From Octopus vulgaris (lineage: Eukaryota): a stretch of DNA of 64,000 bases. Made by a program: the position numbers and the translations under genes. Under the pieces are notes generated by a model, which saw only the letters and a list, made by a program, of their open reading frames with translations, had not been told where the DNA came from and made no database searches. Positions 1-12,325 of this stretch are shown here, in pieces. Within the stretch, counting starts at the first letter, position 1, and each line of letters opens with the position of its first letter. The stretch is taken from contig OX597826.1 of NCBI GenBank assembly GCA_951406725.2, positions 57,226,001 through 57,290,000 of the forward strand, written 5' to 3'.

Positions 1-337
1 TAAGATTGATTCTTTTTTTTTTTTCTTTTTTTTCTAATGAACGATCTGGTTATTTTCTAAAGTGTAAGTTTATTTTCTCTGACTCACTTTTTCAACAAAC
101 TTCTGCATTTATTTTTCTCTACTTTTGAAAGTTTGTTTAAAGTAATCTATATTGCTAAAGCCAATACTGAAAATTTAAGAACAATTATAACAATAATAAT
201 AATATTACTTAGAAAAAAAATAATGATATATGCCCCAGCATGGCCACAGCTCATGAGCTGAAACTGGAAAAATCAAATCAAAATCAATCAAATATAAATA
301 CACACACACACACACACAAACACACACAAAGGCACTT

Positions 338-553
338 TTTCTCTTTTATTCTCTTTTATACTTGTTTCAGTCATTTGACTGTGGCCATGCTGGAGCACCG
401 CCTTTAGCCGAGCAAATCGACCCCGGGACTTATTCTTTGTAAGCCCAGTACTTATTCTATCAGTCTCTTTTGCCGAACCGCTAAGTGACGGGGACGTAAA
501 CACACCAGCACCGGTTGTCAAGCAATGCTAGGGGGACAAACACAGACACACAA

Positions 554-614
<61 letters not shown>

Positions 615-624
615 TACGACAGGC
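338..624 (-). mobile_element. SINE family A, 3' half (head truncated at the internal microsatellite)
   Basis: Near-identical to the full copies at 11911-12325, 36240-36655 and 37644-38055 (cttgtttcagtcatttgactgtggccatgctggagcaccgcc...). Confidence 0.9.
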
Positions 625-965
625 ACTATTATCCAAAACAGTTTGATTTGGTTCCAGGTTTCTTACAGAAACCTAGCTCATTAAGACTCAGATTACCGAA
701 TGGAGACTGGCAAACATGCATGCACTCATACATTTATACACAAAAACAAGAATGCACATACTTACACAAACACTCATACAACTAATAACACACTCACATC
801 CATACACTCATACATCTGTTATACACACACACTTACATTCTCTCTTTCTTGCTGGCTCCTGTTAACTTCCAAATCCTTTCAATGGTCTGCTTGAGATCAA
901 GGTGCCACCAGCTTACTGTCCATCCATGCAGTCCAAGAAATTTTCCTTTCTAATGCATCCGGGGG

Positions 966-1343
966 TCAAAGAAGCTTGAGAGGCAGTTGGATGGAACATA
1001 CACTCGCCTCCTTATGAGAGCTCAAAATCTCTCGTGGAGGCGCCATCCAACCAAAATGCAAATATATGGGAAACTACCACCTGTGTCTTGTGAAAGGTAG
1101 GAGAGTCCAGTTTGCTGGACATTGTTGTAGAGCTGAAAACGAGGCAATTTCTACTCTTCTCCTCTGGAAGCCATCTACTCGCAATACCAGAGGGCGCACA
1201 CTCTCCTACCCTGATGTAATCTCCCGGGATACAGGCATCCAGCAACAGGGCCTCCATAATGCCATGACGGACCGTGAAGTCTGGCGTAGCATGGTAAATT
1301 CCATTGTCTCGACCACGGTCGAACAATGATGATGATGATGATG
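966..1343 (+). mobile_element. RTE-clade LINE, 5'-truncated 3' end (ORF C-terminus, frameshifted) with (TGA)n tail
   Basis: Translates SKKLERQLDGTYTRLLMRAQNLSWRRHPTKMQIYGKLPPVS, then a frameshift, then LVKGRRVQFAGHCCRAENEAISTLLLWKP...GRTLSYPDVISRDTG...AMTDREVWR*. This matches the RTE post-RT pattern (LDG-YTR-L...W; FAGHC-R; DR--WR) and is followed directly by a gatgatgat tail. Confidence 0.85.
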
Positions 1344-1580
1344 AAATGCTGATCTCACTTCTAACTACACCATGTGACCTGTCTTAACTAATAGCAGCCC
1401 ATTTTCCAGTAGCTATCTTAGGCTTCCTGTACTTCTCCATTTGATAATTTGAGCCTGAACAAGCTAGATTCCTAAACCTGCAAAACTTTAAGTTGCATGG
1501 AGCTAAATCAAAATAGTTTAAATAATAGCTTATGTAACTACTACTAAATGTATTGAATGGTTTTTTCTTTTATTTGTCCA

Positions 1581-1609
<29 letters not shown>

Positions 1610-1611
<2 letters not shown>

Positions 1612-1775
1612 TTTATTTCCTCCGTCTTCCCTTCTTTGGATCTTTCCTTTTCCTATGTTTCTGATGAAGAGCTCCACTCAAAATGTTAAATCCTCCTTCT
1701 TTCCTGAGCGTCCAATAATACTATACTTGTTCCACATCCTCGCGTTGTTGTGTTTTCATGTTTGGATTGACTATA
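1610..1775 (+). mobile_element. Penelope-like terminal-repeat fragment with decayed hammerhead core
   Basis: Inserted between (TA)n runs. Contains gtttCTGATGAagagctccactcaaaatgttaaa (1657-1690), which becomes CTGATGA-A-GAGC-tcc-GCTC-GAAAC-GTTA if three CpG-type transitions are reverted. Confidence 0.5.
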
Positions 1776-3322
1776 TATATATATATACACACATGTATAA
1801 ATATTAGAGAGAGAGAGAGAGAGGGAGAGAAAGAGACAGACAGAGACAGACAGACAGAGAGTTATTATATTTATTTTAACTTTTATAATTTATATGAAAT
1901 TATTTACTTCTTTGAATTGTGATTATTTTTCCTAAAATAACTAACTTTTAAACATTCATTTTCTTTAAGTGTCTCTAATTTGATTAATTAGGTAATTTCT
2001 TATGCTCCTAACTTTTTAATTAAAATATATAACATAAACGTCATTTTAGTATCCCTAATATGTTTAATTACATAAATCTGTACATTTACAATATATTTAT
2101 TATCCCTTTTTTTATTTGTTGCTTGGTTTTAATTTTCATTTAATTTAAAGGAAAAAGTTATATATTATCCTAATTACTTCATTTCCTCTGGCCTAAATTT
2201 TTAATTACTAAATATATGTTTAAGAGATTTTTACAGTATCTGAAGTAGAACTTCTTTTAATAAAGATACAAATTTAAATTATACATTTTTGTCATGGGGA
2301 GTACTAAAATTCCTTTTTTATAAAATAGCTGGTGTTTTCCTATGTATTGATTTCTTTAAAATTTTAAATTTATTAATTTCTTTTTTAATTTCTAAGCTTA
2401 TGTACAACTCAAACTTCCTTCATTGTAAAGTAAAAATTCTTTGCAGATACTGAGCTGATATCATTTGGCATTAACATTGTAATACACCTTATCTATTGCT
2501 TTACACAGTCACGTCTGTCACAAATCAACACAATCTTTTCCAAAATTTCAAATTTCGAGGACTCTGTTTTTATGCTCTTCAGTCATGAGAACACACCATA
2601 TAATTGCACACAGAACACATATGCATACACACAGGCTCACACACACACATACATGCATGTGTATGCACACACATATGCATGTGCATGCACACATACATAG
2701 AGAGTTGACTGTGATTCCATATTCGGTTTTTCCCTTATTTCTTCACCTCTCTTACCATATATAGGATGCAACTATTTTCTAATATCCACTTGTAAGTGTT
2801 TTTTTAACTCATTTCCAAATCACTCAACAATACCCAGTGTAAGTAATAGTTCACTCTCCATATCTTATATATGAATTTTACATAACCAATTTCTAATTTC
2901 CCAGTACAGCCTGAAAAAGTCAGATTTAGCAAAACTTTAAAGTCATTGTAAGTTTTGAAATATATACTTGTGTATGTATATATGTGTACACAATCTCCAA
3001 AACAGAAAATCTTTTCTATTGCTCTGAATTTCTCATTCATGGGCATTCATTCATTCACCAAAGAATAAATTACACACAAAGGACAAAATCAAAGTAGTGA
3101 GGGTGTGAATCATTAGTTCTAAACAAATAGACTCTACAACATGTAGTCTCTCATTTGCACATCCATGCGTACATCTCCCTGTCAACAGATGGCAGCACAT
3201 GGTTGCATGTGCAGTGAGAGCTACTGAGGCTGTGTGATGAGTAACGCTACTGTGTTTACCTTGCAAGTTGTGGAATTTGTGTTTTTGTGATCACGTGTAT
3301 GCTGTAGTCTGCAATTTTTGTC

Positions 3323-3875
3323 ATGGGCAGGAAATTCGAACAAAGAGCCAATGTGAAATTTTGTGTTAAATTTGGTAAGTCTACTACAGAGATATTGAGC
3401 ATGCTTCAGCAAGCTTACAGTGATGAGGCAATGAGTTGTACACAATGTTTTGAATGGCCCAGGCACTTCAAAAGTGGAAGAATATCTCAGGAAGACAATG
3501 AGCAATCTGGAAGCCCTGCCATGTATGTCACCCCCAGAAATGTGGAGAAAATTCATCAGCTTGTACAGGCAGATTGTTGGAGGATAGTCAGTGATACTTT
3601 GATGTATTTCAGGTAGGACATTCGACAAAAGCGACTAGATCTGTGGAGCGCATAAGGTTGGATTTTTCATAACAACAATATACCTTGTTACCAAGCTCAC
3701 CTCATTCATGAGTTTCTCACCAAAAACATTGGTGGTATTGCTTCTGCACCCACCCGTATTCACCAGATTTAACACCAGTGGACTTCCATCCCTTCCGCAA
3801 GATGAAAATGCAGCTGAAAGATTGTTGTTTTAACACCACTGTTGAGATCAAGAGTAAATTGCAGATGGTCCTCAA
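3323..3875 (+). mobile_element. Mariner (DD34D) transposase relic, internally deleted
   Basis: N-terminal HTH region EQRANVKFCVKFGKSTTEILSMLQQAYSDEAMS..CFEW..HFKSGR..EDNEQSGSP is joined directly to C-terminal GWIFHNNN...YSPDLTPVDF (3757-3786, mariner YSPDLAP motif). The central catalytic region is missing. Confidence 0.9.
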
Positions 3876-5639
3876 TCACAGAGAATCCCACCAATTGATA
3901 TATATATGTATATATCTATATTCTTGTGTGTGTGTGTGTGTGTGTGTGCATTCATTAAAATAATACTTCACAAACACATGAAGTAGAATATGTTACATTT
4001 AATGTTTACAAGTTATATGAGTTTATACATGTATGCATTTATGTAGATTGAAGTGTCTGTTAATGGTCATTTAAAAATTTGATTGCACATCTGTAGGCAT
4101 TAAAGCAAGAAACACACATACACACATACCTACTTGCAAGTATGAGTATGTATACGTATGAATTTACATCTATGTATGTAAGAATCAATGTGTATATTTA
4201 AATGTATGATAATGAAGGTAGGCACATATGTATAATCATGTATGTTCATGGTTTCGTATGCACATCTTTATGTAGTTAAGTAAGTATGCCTATTTGTTAG
4301 TAAGCAAGTATTTCTAAGTACATGGATTTACACGCTTGTATGTAAGCATGCATTTATACATATTTAAAAGTGTGCATGTGAATGTATGTAGATATGCATG
4401 CTCATGTTGTTTATGGTTCCGTATGCACCAATCTACTCTTGCCTGTCATTATTTTTTTGTTTTTTGTGTGCACTCACATTCAGCAATGCATGTAACCACA
4501 TATGTCTGTGTTTGCATACATTTGTCCAGATATTTGTGTACATGCTATTGCATGAATATGTTATTGTCCGTATACGTCTTCCCGCAACCTTGTGCACTCA
4601 GACTGGCACATTAGCAACATGAATACTCTGTTTACATTTCTGCCAAGACCCGACAATTTCTTGGATAATCAACAGTCAGATAAGATAGCATATTTGATTG
4701 GGTAAAGGAAGGAAAGCGCTTTACACTAAGATTGGCATGAAAACGAAACAAAGAATTTAAGCAAAACAAAAGAGATGATGGGTGTGGGGTGGGTGGAGGC
4801 AGGTTTTCCAAGAAAGCAGGTCAACCTTAAGGGGTACAGTCTTCTGCTTTTAATAGGATATAACAGGTCATTCATAGGGGCTGGTCCATAAACACTCCTT
4901 CCCTGCCATATTATAGAAGTTGTTCATGTCAACATTTATCCACTAGTTGTGCTCATAGAAAGATCCTCTCCCCAGCAGCATCACTACTAACTTTGCAATA
5001 AACTGTATCAGAAACTATGATTTTAGTTGGCTAGAGTAATCATTAACTATAACGCTTTACAATAATGTAAATAAATGTTTGTTCTGGGATTGGAGACAGC
5101 ATGTTGTTCCAAAATGAATGTTAAACCTCAACATGATAATTACTAAATGAATATTTTAATAAGCTGAAGAATATTTTTAGAATTATGTGCATTTTGTAAT
5201 TTTAACATTTTCCTTTTCTATATTCCAGACACACACACACACACACACACACAAGTCAACTAAGAAACCTCTAAGTGGTCATATGACCTGCTAGAAATAA
5301 AAAGCTAAATCTTCCTGAAAACAATTTACTGTTGAAGCAAAAAAAACAGTCACATTGGATTACAGAGTTCTGAGTTTAGTAAACCAAGGAAAAAGATGGG
5401 GTAGTCATTTGGAATACCTTTGATTGTAATTTAATGTCCACCTTTCCAAACATGAATGGGTCAGATGGAGTTTATTGTGGCAGATGCTCTGTGGTCAAGT
5501 GGTTGTTCCTGGCACCAACCTTCACCTGTTTCCAAAGTAATATTTCCACATGGCCAGGCATGTTATCACAGAATATCATAAGTGTATGACACAGCCTGTA
5601 TGATTGTGACATCGCTTACAACTATTATGCAATTCTGAG

Positions 5640-5850
5640 ACAGGGAGACACAGACACAAACACATAAACACAAACACACACACACATACATGTAAGTCTT
5701 CTAATTTCCATCTACTAAATCCACTCAGAAGGTTTTTGTTGACCGGGAGCTACAGTAGAAGACACATGTCCAAGAAGCCACATGATAGGACTGAACTTGG
5801 AACCATGTGATTTGGAAGCAAACTTCTTACCACACAGCCATGCCTGGACC
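5640..5850 (-). mobile_element. SINE family A, degenerate head
   Basis: Diverged match to the family A head (aaatccactca...gtagaagacac...ggaaccatgtg...cttaccacacagcca). Confidence 0.75.
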
Positions 5851-6740
5851 CAGTCTCATATATTTGTTTGTATACACATACATACAGTGAATGATGGTGA
5901 TACACGCATATACACATTGATAAATATTTGCCAACAAGGGAACCACTGCATGAACATTTACTTGTTAAAAACAGCTGACAAATCCCCCGTCTTAAAAAAA
6001 AAAAGAACACACTGAACAGTGAAATCCTGGAGAGTTTTCGGCAAAAATCAAATAAATAAATAAATAATAAATACATAAAATGAAAGGGCTATAGTTGGAA
6101 CCTTTGATCACAAACCTGTTCAATTGTTGACAACAATGTCGATGAATAAACATACATAAAATGATAGATAGGTAGGAGAACAGAATAAGGTAAAAATTCA
6201 CATCTTCATTTTCGACAGAAAGGATATCCAAAGAAGCATGATAAAACATGCATTTGTTGTTTTGTTTTCAAGCAAACACTATGAAAAGCAATGAATCTAC
6301 AGATTTTGTGGCTACACAGATCAAGAAAACGAACAATCCAATCCGAGTGTGTTGTGGTTGAAGTACTACTTGATAGGATGTCTATTAGATTTATAAAGTC
6401 AATAACCTGAGATTGGGTATTTCTGTATAAATCTTCTCAGCAAAGAGGCAATTGATGTACAAGATAAACTACCCTAAAAGACTTCTTACTGATTCAGTAA
6501 CTAGTGTTTTTAGGTAGAATTCTAACTAAAGCCTTAAAAATAAAAAAGTATTAATGCTACCAATGATCTCAATGAGCAATAGGCAATTCTCTTCTGTCTA
6601 TCTAGTCATTTCAGCTGGGGAGTGAATAAAAAACAATGCATCGTTGGTTGGTTAGCTGATGTTTATTTTACAATGAAACAATGACCAACCATGAGAATAA
6701 TGTGCTCTGGGCCACAATTCGGATAGTGCTTTTTACGTAT

Positions 6741-6887
6741 ATCATCATCATCGTTTAACGTCCGTTCTCCATGCTAGCATGGGTTGGATGGTTCGACCGG
6801 GGATCTGGGAAGCCAGAATGCTGCACCAGGCTCTGGTCTTATCTGGCAATGTTTCTACAGCTGGATGCCCTTCCTAACGCCAACCAT
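6741..6887 (-). mobile_element. SINE family B 3' end ((GAT)n-tailed)
   Basis: catcatcgtttaacgtccg...ccatgctagcatgggttgg...ggatgcccttcctaacgccaacca; this block recurs about 12 times in the window. Confidence 0.85.
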
Positions 6888-7354
6888 AAATGTAATTTTT
6901 CCACTCTATTTTCCATTAATGCAGAAATGGCCCATAGACAGTCTGTATTTAAAACACAAAGTATGAAAAAGCAGAACAAGTGAAAATCTTTTGCAAACAA
7001 TAGTTTAATGTTTAATGTTTCCTGCCCAAGGGGTTAAACCTACAATCACTAATAACATGCAGTATTAAAACTGAGTGAAATAGGGTTTATTTAATGAGAT
7101 GCCTCTTCTAAAATCCTGACAAAATGCTTCTGCACCAAGGGATGCACCACAACCTGTTGTACAGTATCCCACCCATGAGGGATCAATGCAGGATGGGTTG
7201 AAAGGAACATTGTGAAGAATAAAGCTTCTGTCTCTGTTATTTGTCCTATATCTGTCTTGCACCATTTCCACTCTACTGGTCATTCATTACAACACCTGTC
7301 TGTACATTATTTACATTATTTATATTTGATGGATATTTGTCTTCATCTTGTTTG

Positions 7355-7388
<34 letters not shown>

Positions 7389-7475
7389 TGCAAATAAGCT
7401 ACCCATATTATTTTTGAAACCAGCAGATGTGTTAAATGGCTTTTCTCATCAGTTGATGAGGCGAGTTGAGCTTAA

Positions 7476-7701
7476 CCCTAGGTACAGTAAGAGCCACTGA
7501 TGAGAATAAAGATACTTTGCATCAAAATTCAAAATCACATGAGGAGGCTATATTTGCAACCGTAGGGAGCTTAGTCTCTCTTGTCAACTTATTAACATAG
7601 TGCTTTTGAAGTTAATGAGTTTTGTCTCTTATTTCTAGTAATGCTGGTACCACTTTGTACCCTCTATCACTTTAGTGACGTCTATAAATTTGCCTTTAGG
7701 G
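7476..7701. mobile_element. piggyBac-type MITE (TTAA target duplication)
   Basis: TTAA|CCCTA ... TAGGG|TTAA, 226 bp; only short terminal identity is left. Confidence 0.55.
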
Positions 7702-7769
7702 TTAAACTGCTAATAATCCACCCACATTATTTATATATATACACACACACACATACATACATACATATA

Positions 7770-7892
7770 TCATCATCATCATCATCATTTAGCATCTGCT
7801 TTCCATGCTGGCATGGGTTAGGTGGCTTGACTCGAACTGGTAAGCCAGAGAGCTGCATCAAGTTCCACTCTGATTTGGAATGGTTTCTACAG
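7770..7892 (-). mobile_element. SINE family B 3' fragment
   Basis: (CAT)n followed by tttagcatctgctttccatgctggcatggg...tggtttctacag. Confidence 0.75.
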
Positions 7893-7925
7893 ATACGTAT
7901 ATATCATTATATATATATATATATA

Positions 7926-7994
7926 GGATGGGTGAGGAATTCTAGTTTGCATAGTACCTTACATACATACAATTGTAAATGCATGTGTGTGTGA

Positions 7995-8037
<43 letters not shown>

Positions 8038-8103
8038 CACACACATGCATTTACAATTGTATGTATGTAAGGTACCATGCAAGCTAGAATTCCTCACCCA
8101 TCC
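7926..8103. repeat. Near-perfect inverted repeat (~67-bp arms) around a (TA)n centre
   Basis: 7926 ggatgggtgaggaattctagtttgcatagtaccttacatacatacaattgtaaatgcatgtgtgtgt is the reverse complement of the segment ending at 8103, with 2 mismatches. Confidence 0.95.
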
Positions 8104-8137
8104 CATTGTAACCACCTAATGCATATATATGTTTGTG

Positions 8138-8169
<32 letters not shown>

Positions 8170-9172
8170 TGTATGTATGTATGTATGTATGTATGTATGT
8201 ATGCTTAATTAAACATTAATATAAAAGTGAAATGTAGTATTCACAAGACACACGCTAAAGTTCAATATATTTCCTCAACCAGTAATGAGTGTTTGGTCAA
8301 GCTGCTGGCCAGAACCAAAAATGGTATTTACCCAATGGTTATTTGTTTAAACACAAATCAAAATCTTGCTTCAAATGATTTCCATGAGTTATTGCTAGTT
8401 AATAATTACAAAGTCAATATTCTATTTTAACTGTTGAGGATTTGTTGGGGCAATGAACTTCAGTGATCAATTTTAAAGGATTTATTGATTGGCTCTTCAT
8501 GTTGTTGGCAAACCATCCCATTTCTACCCCTGGCTCTCTCTCTCTCTCACACCTCTTCATATATGTATGACTGCTTAGCCTACATCCATATGTAACCAGT
8601 CTTCTAGAGGGAAAGATGGTTGTTTGTTGGCTGGTGGTCAAGACCACCTTATTATTATTATTATTATTATTATTGTCACCGTCATTGTAATCTTGTAATC
8701 ATCATCATCATCATAATTACCTCCAATGCCATCAACATCAACATTATTATCATTAACCACAATCATGATGGCATATTACTATTGTGCTTTTCCAGTGCCT
8801 GACCAATCATCGTGTTGGGAGAAACTTCATGTCTGATTGACTGTCAAGACAGTCTGCCAGGCATTCTGGCGGGAAGCCATCAAAATGAGATTATTCAAGA
8901 ACTAGCAAGGAAAACCCTGAGGGAATGAAATTTTCTTCTACTGTTTCAGTGCCAGACGGTATCCAGTCTTCAGCTGTATAGAGTGGGTAAAATTGCTGAT
9001 CATATGGTGGCTAAATGAAAATATGGCAATTTGAGACTAGAAATTGAATAAATAAATAAAAAGGAGTAAGAGACACTAAGGTTTATGAAAATCTGCTTTC
9101 CACTGCTTTCTTAGAATCTTGCTATATGCATATATCTAAGGAAATCAATAGCCACAAACCTATACACACACT

Positions 9173-9210
<38 letters not shown>

Positions 9211-9629
9211 AGACACACACACTTATACACACAAGTTACACAGACATAGATAGGTATATACACCGATACACATGCCCAGCGTGTATGTATATTATCAGAA
9301 GAACATAGTCCATGTAGATTCAAACTTTTGGCAGTCATGTATAATGTAAGTATAAACACTTACATACATGCAAACTAATACTGAAATATTAGAATATTAC
9401 ATACAACAAAGATATTGTTATAATACACGCTGTTCCTTGTAATAATACAAAATACATGTAAAAGTAAGCATTAATAATGATGCTATCTACACACACACAA
9501 ACAGACAAAATAACACACAACATTGTAAAGTAAAAATAACACTAACCCAAATGTATACAAATACATAAACAATTAGGGGATTCTTAGTGTTCTTTATTGC
9601 AAGACAATATTTCTGGACTTCCATAGATA

Positions 9630-9633
<4 letters not shown>

Positions 9634-9669
<36 letters not shown>

Positions 9670-9676
9670 TTGTGTG

Positions 9677-9749
<73 letters not shown>

Positions 9750-9790
9750 GTGTGTGTGTGTGTATGTTGTGTGTGTGTGTGCGTGTGTGT
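9634..9790. repeat. (TG)n microsatellite
   Basis: Direct reading. Confidence 0.95.
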
Positions 9791-10170
9791 ATGTAAATAT
9801 ACACATACCTAGTAATGCTTCTTCCTCCACACATATTTTACATAACATATGATAACAGCAATATTTTATGAATACAAAACATTTCAGCCTTAAATCATTT
9901 TTAAAATGAAATATTTAAAGTTTTACTATTATTTTATTATTTTATCATTGTTTTGGGGGCTTTTTATTACTTTCTTGTTGTTTTTTTTTGTTTTTTTTTT
10001 TCATATTTTACTTTGAATCTAAAATTCTTTCCATAAAAGTTACAAATTATGGAAAAAAAAAACAAAACACAATAGCAAGAAAGAAAGAAAGAAAGTGAAG
10101 AAAAATGAAATTAATTGATATATTTAGAAATATGATAAAGTTGTATGGAAAGTCAATCACGTTGTATGGG

Positions 10171-10230
10171 GAGCCACTCAAGTATATATAGGAAGTCACT
10201 CAAGTATATAGAGGAAGTCACTCAAGTATG
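10171..10230. repeat. 22-bp tandem repeat, about 2.7 copies
   Basis: ag(c/t)cactcaagtatata(t/g)agga repeated. Confidence 0.85.
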
Positions 10231-11113
10231 CAAAACCTATTCAAAAGTAAACAACATGTTGTTGGCTTTTTATTTTTGTGTTTGTTTTCGTTTTGTTTGT
10301 GGGTGGGGGTGGGGTGTATGTATGAAGGTTCTTTAGATTCTTTATTGCATTACAATTCTGGGTGGCCATGCTGGAGCGCTGTTATAATGTAATATAATGT
10401 AAATGTTTTTGAAGAAAAAGAAGCTTTGTTATTGTTCTATCGGTATGAGGATTCTGAAGCATTGAAGCAAGAAAATATTATATATATATAACTAAACTAA
10501 GAAACAGTCGAACATTTAGTTTTAGCCAAGTGATGTTACAATAGCCTGGCGCATGTAAAATTGAATGTTTCTGGCGATATTTTATTATTAAACAAAGTTA
10601 TGAAATAGTTATAAGGTTAAGGAAAAAATGCATAGCAAAGTGGGGCTTTTCTTATTAAAAGGAAATTTTTTCTTTCCCTTTTTTTTTTTTTTTTTTTTTT
10701 TTGGCATTAACCAGGAGATGGAGATTCACCTTTCTGTTCTATCATCATCTTTATTGCTTGCTTATATACACTGTTATTTAATAAGACATGGGTCTTGGAA
10801 ACATTTTTGGGGTTATTGCTAAATTAGCATGTTATGAAATACCTTTTCCTCAGTTCCCTAGTTGGGTTTGAACTTGATCTTCACTCTGAAGTAGTCAGTT
10901 ACGGAGGGAACACATCGAATACACAAGAACATAGACACATACACATGCACGCTCGTGCATGATAGGTTTATTTTGTTTAGCATTTTCTAAGAAAATGACC
11001 AGTATGTTTCAACTACTGGCCATTTCAGTAGTGGACTTCCTCAATTGCATGACTGATCAGGCATCTCTAAGTCATAAAGTGAGATTTCTATATCTTTTAA
11101 ATTTGCAGAAGAA

Positions 11114-11202
11114 TGTGTGGTGTGGGCGGTTTAGAGCACCATGACGCGTAATCACGTAGGTGTGAGTTCGAGTCTCATAGCTGGCCGCCAACACTTTTTT
11201 TC
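11114..11202 (+). pseudogene. tRNA-like Pol III unit (tRNA pseudogene or isolated SINE head)
   Basis: A-box-like tggtgtgggcgg; anticodon arm catga-cgCGTaa-tcacg; T arm gtgag-TTCGAGT-ctcat (B box); a T-run terminator about 15 nt downstream. The acceptor stem does not pair. Confidence 0.55.
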
Positions 11203-11695
11203 TGCAAAATAGGGGTAGCTTATCCTGTTCAGGCTATATTATTAGCATTATAATGCGTTTGAGAATTCGAAATCACTTCTTTAACTTTCTAAGACATCTC
11301 AATGCATCTAAAGCAAACTTTGTTTATGTTCATTGTAATTTGAATTTAAAAAATTAGAGTACTAAATGCAAAATAGAGTCTAAAATATAAGGTAAAAAAA
11401 TATACATTAGTGTCTTGAGACTTGGACTCATAGTGTCAGTTACCTGGTTTCCATAGCTTATAAGTGACTGAAATTACATTTTCCCTAAATGGGACCCTGG
11501 TCTGTTGTAGGATTACTCAGTGACAGCTAAGTGAACTGGAGACACGGGAAATGAATGTTTTTCTCAAGAACCCAATGCACTGTCTGATCTATCACAAAGT
11601 ACTTATGTTTGAAGGCAATGGTTTATTGCTTTTCACATTGATTTGTAAATGTTTGTTAATGTACATTGATAAAAATGATAAAAAATATATACATA

Positions 11696-11908
11696 TGAGG
11701 GGGTGCTGAGAAGTTCCTGGCTTGGGTAAAAGAAAATACAGGAGGATCAGTTAATTATGATTTTATTCAACATATTCCTCTCTCAGGTTCACACACTTAT
11801 TGCAGCAGTCCTTCAGTTTTTCTAAGCCTTGTGAAAGGACTTGGAAGGTTGGGCCTCCAAGCCTTTTCACAACACCCTTAAAGCCAGAAACTTTTCAGCA
11901 CCCCTTCA
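11696..11908. mobile_element. Mariner-type MITE with ~28-bp TIRs and TA target duplication
   Basis: TA|tgagggggtgctgagaagttcctggctt ... aagccagaaacttttcagcaccccttca|TA. Confidence 0.9.
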
Positions 11909-11910
11909 TA

Positions 11911-12325
11911 CTCTTTACTCTTTTACTTGTTTCAGTCATTTGACTGCGGCCATGCTGGAGCACCGCCTTTAGTCGAGCAAATCGACCCCGGGACTTATTC
12001 TTTGTAAGCCCAGTACTTATTCTATCGGTCTCTTTTGCCGAACCACTAAGTAACAGGGACATAAACACACCAGCATCGGCTGTTAAGCAATGCTAGCGGG
12101 ACAAACACAGACACACAAACACACACACACATACACATATATATATATATATACATATATACGACGGGCTTCTTTCAGTTTCCGCCTACCAAATCCACTC
12201 ACAAGGCTTTGGTCGGCCCGAGGCTATAGTAGAAGACACTTGCCCAAGGTGCCACGCAGTGGAACTGAACCCGGAATTATGTGGTTGGTAAACAAGCTAC
12301 TTACCACACAGCCACTCTTGCGCCT
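11911..12325 (-). mobile_element. SINE family A, full length, tRNA-derived head
   Basis: Minus-strand head aggcgcaagagtggctgtgtggtaag...gggttcagttccactg...ccttgggcaagt, internal (TA)/(TG) tract, 3' stem cagtca-aa-tgactg and (AAAAGAGT)n tail. Confidence 0.92.

Noticed and set aside
8795-8928. Acceptor-like ttttccag followed by a GC-richer segment (PIIVLGETSCLIDCQDSLPGILAGSHQNEIIQELARKTLRE)
   Set aside because: There are stops in all three frames soon after the acceptor, no clear donor and no recognisable homology.
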